From contig NC_042998.1 in the NCBI RefSeq assembly GCF_006345805.1, positions 4,650,001-4,714,000 on the forward strand: a DNA stretch of 64,000 nt, read 5' to 3'. Made by a program: the position numbers and the translations under genes. The DNA is from Octopus sinensis. Taxonomy: Eukaryota. This document shows, piece by piece, positions 54,351 to 64,000 of this stretch; positions within the stretch are counted from its first letter, which is position 1; the number at the start of each line of letters is the position of its first letter. Under the pieces are notes generated by a model, which had not been told where the DNA came from, did no database searches, and saw nothing but the letters and a program-made list of their open reading frames with translations.

Positions 54351-55401
54351 ATATATGAATTATATTCTTCTCTAACTACTTTTCAATAATCTTAAGCACG
54401 CATATACACACACTTATCTACACACTTTCACACTCACACATATATACATACATGCAAGCACTCACTTATACATATACACACACATATGTGAGTGTTAGAA
54501 ATGGACACTTATAATAAATATATGTGCGTTTTTCAAATAATTGCTATATATTATTAGTAATAATCTGTTAAATAATTTATTGGGTTTTTTCCACCGATTT
54601 TTCTTCTCATGTAAACACCAAATTAAAATTTTAATATGAATATACACTCCTTTCTGTTTCGACAAGTGCTAATAGGAGGACTTCATGTTTGATCTTTAAT
54701 TAGTTTTAAATTTTAGAAATGTTATCTAAATACATTTAATTCAATAGGATGCCCAACGATAATTCGGGAATACTTTGTCAAAGCGTATATTTAGAAACAA
54801 AACGAAATTTAGAAGCAAACAGGAAATTAGAATTTATTGAATTGAAAGTCACAGAGCTTTAGTAATCTAAATAAAAACGACAAATGAAATAAAATAATAT
54901 CAAACATGACGATAATTAATTTTTGCCAGAATTTGTTTTGTTTTTGATGGCTACCCGATATTTCATTTACGTGGCTCGCTTTTTTGTAATTGATTTCCGT
55001 AATCATAGCGGTTCGAACTTTTCTAGTGGAAGTGTTTGGTAAAGTTGCTTTAATAACGACTCTTGTAATAAATGTATTACATGCACCTAATCAACGAATA
55101 AATTTTTAACACACCTTCCCAAATATCATCACCAGATTATCGGAGTTATCATGCACGGCTGATTGTGGTTCTTTCAGCGTTGTGTTGTAGTAGTAGTAGT
55201 AGTAGTGGTTTTTGTTGTTGCTGTTGTTGTTATTATTTATCCCTAAGTTTTCTCTAGTTCCTAATAGATCTACAATCGTGAACGATTCATTCGTTACCAT
55301 AGGGATTTTACATAACATCTAAGACTGTGCCAAGACTATGTTTCACAATTACCGACGGAAAATTCTTCTTGCTTAAGAACCATTCTTTACTACAGAATGC
55401 A

Positions 55402-55432
<31 letters not shown>

Positions 55433-55497
55433 ATATATATAATATATATATATATATATTATATATATATATACATATATATATATATAATATATAC

Positions 55498-55654
<157 letters not shown>

Positions 55655-55656
55655 AT

Positions 55657-55689
<33 letters not shown>

Positions 55690-55690
<1 letters not shown>

Positions 55691-56583
55691 GAGTGCGATA
55701 GGTAATCGTAGCCATTTTATATTTTTAATTTCGTGCATGTACATTTTTTACTTTGATTTTGTCGATTTGTCGAATACGCAGTACAGAATGCGCAGTTGGG
55801 CCCCGTCTGTGAGAAAAATAACACCATGATGCAATGTACTCTGCAAGAAATCTGGAAATGACATAGAGTACTGCCAGGCATTCACGCTGGAAGCTCCAAT
55901 ACGAACGGATGGTGAACACATTGAACAACCGTTAGCTTAGTGTTTTCCCAAAACATGTACCGAAAGTAATAAAAATCAAACATCCAGTCAACATTATGGT
56001 GTTTGGAGTGTCCCTAGTGATGGTGATGTTATGCCGCTATTCATCTTCCCACACGGCATCAGACTCAACATGGAGGCCTAAATCAAGTACTTGGAGGAGA
56101 TAGTACTGCCCTGGGTTAAGTGTGCGGCTGCTGGAAGATCCTCTGTCTGGTAAGTGGACTCTCCACCATACCACACAAGCCGATGACCCCAGTAATAGCT
56201 GTTAGACAATTTTGACGACCACATCATCCCTAACCCCTGGCCACCGAACTCTCCAGATTGATTATTATGTGTGGGGTGCAGATGAGTGGGAGACCAGCAA
56301 AACAACTTCTAACACCAAAGATGAACTGAAGGCAAGAATTATGGCAGCATTCACCAGCTTAAGCAAGGAAACTGTCCAGGGGAGTTGCAGGGAATTCCGA
56401 AGTCGTCTGGAGGCCGTCGTTGAAGTTAATGGTAATTTTATTGAATAAATTTACGCTTCAATATTTCAAGATATTTAAAGTTTGGTATTTTAAAGTAAGT
56501 CTGGTAAATATCTGTTAAAATGAGATTTCTCTGTAATTTTTACTTTTTGTGTAATTATACGACAATATATTCACCACACCTTG
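55690..56583 (+). mobile_element. maT (DD37D)-like Tc1/mariner relic, internally deleted
   Basis: KHPVNIMVFGV, DGDVMPLFIFP, VDSPPYHTSR, WPPNSPD, DYYVWG and FRSRLEAVVEVNGNFIE*. The D-to-D spacing is 33, or 37 if a 4-residue deletion after SPD is restored. Confidence 0.8.
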
Positions 56584-56722
56584 TATATGTATATATATAT
56601 ATATATATTATATATATATATATTTATATTTATATATATATTATATATATATATATAATATATATATATATACATATACGATGTGTGGTGAATATATTGT
56701 CGTATAATTACGATATATTGTC

Positions 56723-56766
<44 letters not shown>

Positions 56767-59115
56767 TATATATACATACATATATACATATATGCATATA
56801 TATATATACATATATATATGTGTGTGTGTATATATATGTATATATATATTATATACAAATATACATATACTGTGATAGTTGCATAGTTAAATATTTTTAG
56901 CTAAAGTAAATGAATGAATCTTTGTATAAACATCTACAATATCTTTGTGCAGAGAAAAGAGAGATTAGCTTGGTTAGGTCCGACCCTCTGGTAAGATTTC
57001 AGTAGCGAATGGTGCACTCTTACTATCCGCTGAAACACGGCTTCTAACCACACTGTTTGTAAGGGCGAGAGTAAATAGTATAGAAAATAAATCGTTTAGG
57101 TATATAACTCCATCATCACACCAAATTGCATAAATTTTGTAGGTTAACACTATTTTGTTTTAATACATTACTCTATAGCAGAACATATGTGTACATTTTT
57201 AAGTCATCTCTCTACGTCTGGACGAGTGAAAATACTTTGTCAATGTTTGTGGACAGTTAAAAACTATATTCAGTCACCGTTTATTACTTGAACTAACTTG
57301 TAAGAATACTTTATATTTGTAAATTGGTTTCTCCGATTTACTTAAGCTCTTATCAACAGCGAATTTATAAGTAGTCTGTCCGTGAACAGCCAATGAATCT
57401 GTTCAATCGATAATGGAATCCCATAACCTCTTTGTCGCCAAATATATTGTATACAAAGCCATTGGGTTTACATCTCCCTGTGCACTCAATGTTCGCTAAA
57501 ATTCTGTTATGTATATAGTCTATAGCGTTTATAGTCTGTAGCCTGAAGCAGCATATAATGTGTAATTTACCATGTTATTTTTTAACATATTAACGTACGA
57601 ATTAGAAGAACTTAGTTTCATTTGTAACAAGCAGAAATACTGCGTAGTAAGTTCCTAGCTTTTTTCCGGTCTAGAGGTAACAATTGTTTTTTTTTCTCTT
57701 TTCAACTTACATCTCCTTTGTTCCATTCTTGTTTTCATTACTCAATTCATTTTTTTTTCTTTTGGAAGGTAAATTTCTTATCTGTTGCTGTTTGCTTACT
57801 ATCTGCATTTCCAAATATATTTTTCTGACTGCTATTATAATTTCCTTGCTTTCCTTCATATATATTTCATTGCCTTACCTCTCACTTATGAATTCTTATA
57901 CTGAACTCAATTTTCTTTTTTTGTCATTTCCTTTCATTTCCACAGTACTGTATGAAATGATCCTTTGTTAATATTTATAAAATATATATCCTACCAACTT
58001 CTAAACTCTTTAATAATCGAAATCATAAAGAGTTTCCTAATTTCCTGTTTTATTATATTCTTTTTTTTTTCTCATTTGTTGTGCATCAGTTATCCACATT
58101 AGTGGCCTACCATAATTTTCTTAGCATCCTGCATCCTTAACGAGCCATCTATATCTCCAAAGAAATAACATTCTCATTAGCTAGTTATTTCACGTGCCAT
58201 CGCTTATTCCTTCTTTACAGAATATACAAGTGCTTGTTTTGAAGATGATACTCAAAAGGCGGCAGGTGTTTTGACCATTCCTGAAGCGGTAAGCAGTCAT
58301 CATTTGTACTGAGGATAAATAATTTTCCCTTTTGTAAATGACAAATAAAAACAACAACAAAACAACATGATCATAAAAGTGCTTTTAGCGTCATGCTTAA
58401 TAAAGTAAAAATCATTTTTATTATTGAAGTGTGAAAATATATTAAGAGTACATTTGAAGTTGTGAAAATGTATCGTGAGAAGCAAATTGTAGATACGTTA
58501 TGGAGAATGATAGTGAACATATCTATTCACTTTAAACATGGCTAAGAATGCTCAATAGGAAATAAGTATGATGTATTCAGGGTTTAAAATGATATTTAAG
58601 ATAAAAGTCAGTGTTCAGGATTTAAAATGTCTGAAATTAAAGTAGGGAAAAAAATGTTCTAGAGCAAGACAGGTTGTGTGAGAAGAGTGAAACAATATTT
58701 TATGATATCGATATTTAATAAAATGTGCATGTGTATCGTTAGATGTAAACTTGGCAATTTTCTCTTCAGAAAAGGCTATTTATTTTTATTAGTCGTGCAA
58801 ATTACAGCTGAAAGTATAAACTTTCCCTAAACTACCATACTTTCCTTCTAGCTTAATTCTTTAATGTAAGTAATGTAAAAATCGTTCTCCACTACATAAT
58901 AATCATTTACTCTGTTTAGAATTCATATCGTATTAGCAGCTTTTTCACCGAGAATTCCTGGTATATTTTGTGCTAGTTGTGTTATTTGCTAAAATTCTAT
59001 AGTATTTTCAAATTGTTATTTTCTAAAACACGTGAAGATTTATAGGAGCACTAGAGCAATATTCTAGGCATTCAGAAATTCAGTGGTTAGATTATGCGTA
59101 CATTAGGTTTAATCG

Positions 59116-59695
59116 ACGGATTAAGTCGATTACATCGACCTCAGTGAGTAACTGGTGCTTAATTTATCGACCGCGAAAGGATGAAAGTCGACCTCGACGG
59201 AATTTGAACTCAGAACGCAGCGGCAGACGAATTACCTATTTCTTTACTACCCACAAGGGGCTAAACACAGAGAGGACAAACAAGGACAGACAAACGGATT
59301 AAGTCGATTATATCGACCCCAGCGCGTAACTGGTACTTAATTTATCGACCCCGAAAGGATGAAAGGCAAAGTCGACCTCGGTGGAATTTGAACTCAGGAC
59401 GTAACAGCATACGAAATACCGCAAAGCATTTCGCCCGGCGTACTAACGTTTCTGCCAGCTAGCCGCCTTTGATAAAATAATACATTCTTTTCTACTCTAG
59501 GCACAAGGCTCGAAAATTTTGGGAAGGGGGCTAGTCGATTAAATCGATCCCAGTGCGCAACTGGTACTTAATTTATCGACCACGAAAGATGAAAGTCAAA
59601 TTTGACCTCGATGGAATTTGAACTCAGAACCTAAAGACGAAATACCGCAAAGCATTTAGCCCGGCATGCTATCGTTTCTGCCAGCTCGCCGCCTT
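59116..59695 (-). mobile_element. Three tandem tRNA-derived SINE copies
   Basis: Three successive agtcgatta.atcga.c.cagt..aactggt.cttaatttatcgacc blocks at about 59123, 59301 and 59533. The third copy is flanked by taaaataata(c/t)att. Confidence 0.85.
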
Positions 59696-60582
59696 TGGTA
59701 AAATAATATATTGAATACGTCAACGTTAAGGATTGCTCATCTATATTTCAATTTCAAACCCACCGGCTTCACCCTTTCATGTCCCCCTGATACAGTCGAT
59801 AAATTAGAATACTAAGTATTCATCGATGTCATAGGTATCCACTACGACTTCATGCTTATAGTTTTATATTGACTTTATGAATTAAGATAGTGCCATTCAT
59901 CACTAGCATGTTCCAAATCTAAATCAAATTGTCTTTCCAAGTTATGGATCATGAATCACTAAGTTAACTATCTGTAGTCTTATTGAATTGAATTACTCCC
60001 TGCTCACTTCGTTCCCTATCAGAAATGAATTGTAGGGAATTGTAATAACCAAAGCAGATGAAATTATCAATATATGAAAGCTAGGTATTTGTTAAAACTA
60101 GATGTCGTTGTTCTGTAATATAAACCTGTGAAATATATGCAGTTGTCATATATGTGAAATATATATCGTTGGTAAATTATACGAAATATGAGATGTTCTA
60201 CTGTTTAAAATAAGCGAAGACTAGGAATGTTTAATCAATATCACGCTATATTAATCAGGAAATCAGATTCATTCCAATAATGGAATGATTGTTTTCATGT
60301 AGATTTTTCACCAAAACTTCCATTGGCGCCAAGTGATGAATACCAAACGGTTCAATAGTGTTCGCTTTTGTTATTTTTCATCTTATTTGCAGTCATCTGA
60401 AGGAAATAGTTGACGAAATAGAATTCTTGCGACATTAGAATATGAGTACTATTATTGAGTATTATGAGTTCTTCAGCGAAGGTCATATTTTTTATGAACT
60501 ACAGAAAAACATAAGTTCTACAAAACATAGAGTATAACATCTATGACTACGAGAGCACGGCAAGAATTAATTGTTCCCGATA

Positions 60583-60671
<89 letters not shown>

Positions 60672-60703
60672 CTGTAAATGTAATATGTGACAATTATTCG
60701 GTA

Positions 60704-60774
60704 GCCACGATAAAACTCCGAGTTTCGGATGCCGAGGCGGAAATTCACGCCGCCATCTCTTCAGTTATCCGGCC
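60704..60774 (-). ncRNA. Type-I hammerhead motif, family B left arm (intact core, GUU site)
   Basis: Reverse complement: GCC G GATAA CTGAAGA GAT GGCGG cgtgaattt CCGCC tcggc ATC C GAAA CTC G GAG T T TTATC GT GGC. Helix I has an internal loop and there is one extra C before GAAA. Confidence 0.75.
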
Positions 60775-60793
60775 ATGGGCATTTTTACCGAGG

Positions 60794-60863
60794 GCTGGAT
60801 AACTGAAGAGATGGCGGCACGCGTTTCCGCCTCGGTATCCGGAACTCGGAGTTTTATCGTAGC
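60794..60863 (+). ncRNA. Type-I hammerhead motif, family B right arm (A13G, probably inactive)
   Basis: GATAA CTGAAGA GATGGCGG..CCGCC..ATCC GGAA CTC G GAG T T TTATC. Confidence 0.65.
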
Positions 60864-61400
60864 TACCGAATAATTGTCACATATTACTTTCACCGATTAA
60901 TTTCTCTATTTACATAATATCGAGGTCTCATTCTTTCTTTTGTTGTCTAACCATTTTTATCAATATATATATACACATATATATGCAAGGAAAATTAAGA
61001 GTAATTTGAAGAATCTAACTATTTTGTTATCACATTATGCAAAAGAATGAATTTTGAAACAGCGAATTTTGGGGTGGATAACGTGGCAGTTCAGATAAAT
61101 AGAACGAATGCTGCTGTTGATTAGCTCCTATAGGCGATCGCCTCTGGCTAGCTATATGATGCACAACTGGCTTGACATCTACACAACTGTTTCGGGGTAG
61201 TTTCACCTTATCAGTGTGGAGCAGCCGAGTCCAGCTGTTGACCGCCTGTTCTAAGGTTTTATTTATTTATATTCTGTGAAGATCTAAATGCCATGCTAAT
61301 ATCAGAAACGACATATTCTATATTTAAGAGATGAAGAATTATGTACATTATTTACATTATTTATAATTAACGGATATTTGTCATCATCTTGTTTGTTGAT

Positions 61401-61446
61401 AACACAACGTTTCGGCTGATATACCCTCCAGCCTTCATCAGGTGTC
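61401..61446 (-). ncRNA. Minimal type-I hammerhead motif (intact, GUU site)
   Basis: Reverse complement: GACAC CTGATGA A GGCTG gagggtatat CAGCC GAAA C G T T GTGTT. Confidence 0.85.
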
Positions 61447-61502
61447 TTGGGGAAATTTCGAGTCTGGGTTCTAATATTTTTCGATGGTGTTGTTGGTGTA
61501 GA

Positions 61503-61549
<47 letters not shown>

Positions 61550-62121
61550 AATCGAAATCGGAGTCTTAGGGTTAGTAGCCCGCGCTCTTATCCACTACGC
61601 CATATGCCTGTAGGCAATTATGGAGTGAATTTTAGAGCTTATCTCCTTCGAGTAAAATCACCATTAGAAACGAATATGACTAAGAACTACGTGCAGCTGA
61701 GATTAGTTATACAAAGGCGAAACATGCCACCCCACAAAATAAGGGTAGAGGTGCATCGCAAGGCTGTGACATGGGGAAATGTTGATAAATCGGGTATAGC
61801 TGATCATGTATGGAAAAATAGAGAGTAACTCCCCTTGTGGGATGAAGTTAAAATAATAGACACATAACACCACTGGAAAATACGAAAACTAAAAGAAGCA
61901 ACACATATGCTAGGACACAACAACCTCCTAAGCAGACCGAGTGCAGATATGAACAGCATATGGGAACGGGTATTAAGGAAGGATAAGAGAATATTAGATT
62001 TATAAGCTCTAAAATTCACTCCATAATCGCCCACTGGCATATGGCGTAGTGGTTAAGAGCGCGGGCTACTAACCCCAAGATTGTCGATTCCAGGCAATAA
62101 TAATGATAATAAGTATAGTAT

Positions 62122-62153
<32 letters not shown>

Positions 62154-62239
62154 ATAATAATAATAATAATAATAATATAATAATAATGATAATAATAATA
62201 ATAACATCGAAAACTACTTTTGGAATGAGAACGCAGGAT

Positions 62240-62280
62240 CTCATGAAAGCTGGATGTTATATTAGCCGAAACATTGTGTT
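62240..62280 (+). ncRNA. Degenerate partner hammerhead motif (G5C)
   Basis: CTCATGA A AGCTG gatgttatat TAGCC GAAA C A T T GTGTT. Confidence 0.55.
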
Positions 62281-62744
62281 AATACCATACATGATGAGGA
62301 CAAATATCCGTCAATTGTAAATAATGTAAATAAAAATCTACATATAAGCAAATCGATGTTAATAAGCAACACATTTCTGTGGTTCTTGATATCATACGTC
62401 TCATATTTGTATAATTTGACTATACATATGCCTACACTGTGCTTGATTTAATCAGAATGGCTAACATTGAAGACTAAGTGAGACATGTTTTGTTGAATGT
62501 CTATGATGAAAATTGGCATTTTGAGTGCGCCTTTGATCTTCTAATTCTAAAGTCATATGGCTCAAGGTCACATTTGTCAAGACCTGGAGAAAGAACGTCA
62601 TGGTATGTATGCTATTTATTGAACTTTACCATCACAAATCTGCATTTGCTTACTTTACAAATGTTGGCGATTCTGAAAATACTTTTCCTAGGTGAAAATT
62701 GCATTGAATATAGGTTTAGATGTTTTGTATTTCAGAAATGTGGT

Positions 62745-62884
62745 AGTGCAGTAGCCCAGTGGTTAGGGTAGCCGAGGATCGCGGTTTCGATTCCCAGATC
62801 GGGCGTTGTGTGTGTTTATTGATCGAAAACAACTAAAGTTCCACGAGGCTCCGACAGGGGCTGGTGGCGACCCCTGTTGTACTC
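62745..62884 (+). mobile_element. Truncated tRNA-derived SINE
   Basis: agtagcccagtggttaggg..cggtttcgattccc..ttgtgtgtgtttattgatcgaaaac. Confidence 0.6.
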
Positions 62885-63048
62885 TTTCTGCATAGTCATC
62901 TTGACTACTTCATTGAAAATCATAGTGCAATAAGTGATTAGTGAGCAAGAGGAAAGATTTGTCCAAGACATCGACACCATGGGGGCAAAGTATCAAGGCA
63001 GGTGGAACACAACATTAATGACTGAATACTGCTGGTCTCTGCATGGAA
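62885..63048 (+). mobile_element. DNA transposase C-terminal relic, probably CMC/Chapaev-3-like
   Basis: FLHSHLDYFIENHSAISD, a frameshift, then EQEERFVQDIDTMGAKYQGRWNTTLMTEYCWSL (resembles HSHLDFFPENLGAVSDEQGERFHQDI..ME.RYQG.W...M.DYCW). The superfamily label comes from recall, not a search. Confidence 0.7.
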
Positions 63049-63224
63049 AGTTTACCCCTTCAGTCGGTGAAACTTTAGTTTGACGGAAATATTTATCTTG
63101 GTATTGCAGGCAGAATAATGGTTGGTGTCTTTCCCAGCTTTGCTGCGTTCATAGTGATCTTTGGGGTTACGTTCGGCGAATTTAAGAGCAGGACTCCGCT
63201 CCTTGCGATACCTCCAGAGGATTT

Positions 63225-63480
63225 CTAAAACTTGTCGGTGGATTTCTAAGACTTCCACAGCACCAGTATCTGGCCTCCTAATTGTAATCCCAATGATTAC
63301 TCCGTACGGGGCTAAGCTGAGAAAGGCACTAACCTGCAACACCAACGCTGAGTTCGTGCCCTAGTTCAAGCTTCTGTTCGAAGGTCTTCTCACAAGCACA
63401 GGGAGGAACGCATGTGCCACGTTCCGAAGACGTCTTGAGGCTACGGAAGAAGCTGAGGACGGCTGCTTTGAGTAAACTGT
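63225..63480 (+). mobile_element. Second maT (DD37D)-like transposase C-terminal relic
   Basis: IWPPNCNPNDYSVRG*AEKGTN and FRRRLEATEEAEDGCFE*. Confidence 0.65.
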
Positions 63481-64000
63481 TATCTTCAGCTATTATCTAG
63501 TTGATATTATGTTTCTTTCTTTCATTACAGTAGTTTGATTTTTGGATGGGATATTGTGTGTTCTTTTCCTTTAATGCAAAGTATCAAATGCTGCTCGAAT
63601 ATCCTGTACAAAATATACAAGATGTGCATTTGTATACATATGTTTATATATGTAATGTGAATTCATTAATTATATTTGCATATCATACGTGTGTATGCAT
63701 TCTAAGCCGTACTAATATTGCGGGATATGTATATTTTATGCAAGGCTGTTTATAACGGAACAAAGTGCTGCCCAGATTAATGGCTGTCGATACAAACAGA
63801 AACGTTTATTCACACATGCATAACTTCATTTATATATGCAGAAATTGATACGCATATATTTCTAATCGAAGGAAGAGAAATATGTGTGCACCTTTATACA
63901 CGTATATTTATTCACGGAAGATTAAAATAAACAATTTTGGGGGGAATGTATATATATCCGAATGTGGATTTATATAAAATATTTTTATTTCTATTAAGCT

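Larger units (their letters stand above)
60671..60962. mobile_element. Foldback element family B, copy 2, with a hammerhead in each arm and a unique tail
   Basis: Arms 60671-60774 and 60793-60896, loop 18 nt. The tail 60897-60962 differs from the copy 1 tail at 7 of about 67 positions. (TA)n lies on both sides. Confidence 0.9.
61340..62335 (+). mobile_element. Penelope-like element 3' fragment: GIY-YIG relic between inverted terminal repeats of about 300-330 bp
   Basis: 61690-61990 gives YKGETCHPTK, RVEVHRKAV, KSGIADHVW, WDEVKIID and WKIRKLKEATHM..NLLSR. 61340-61642 is the reverse complement of 62002-62335, and each arm has a tRNA-like segment, (AAT)n and an HHR. Confidence 0.88.

Noticed and set aside
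61178-61218. Minus-strand CTGATAA GGTG..CCCC GAAA CAGTTG
   Set aside because: C3-A8 mismatch, mismatched helix II and no valid cleavage triplet in register. Possibly an old relic.

Overview
AT-rich, microsatellite-dense eukaryotic non-coding DNA. The SINE types with internal microsatellites strongly suggest an Octopus genome (inference from repeat content). I found no intact host protein-coding gene, and most track ORFs are microsatellite artefacts. The window is a patchwork of about 20 tRNA-derived SINE copies, a 5S rRNA-derived SINE-like chimera, Helitrons, DNA transposon relics (Tc1 DD36E, mariner DD34D, maT DD37D, piggyBac, Chapaev-like), an RTE-like LINE relic and Penelope-like element (PLE) pieces. 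The most notable signal is about 14 type-I hammerhead ribozyme (HHR) motifs, identified by hand folding. Two unrelated ORF-less foldback families (6.1-6.4 kb; 52.4 and 60.7 kb) carry a hammerhead in each arm, so one per strand. Two other motifs carry compensatory changes at the core 3-8 pair (G3-C8 at 7103-7147, U3-A8 near 30472). None of these motifs has been tested for cleavage.
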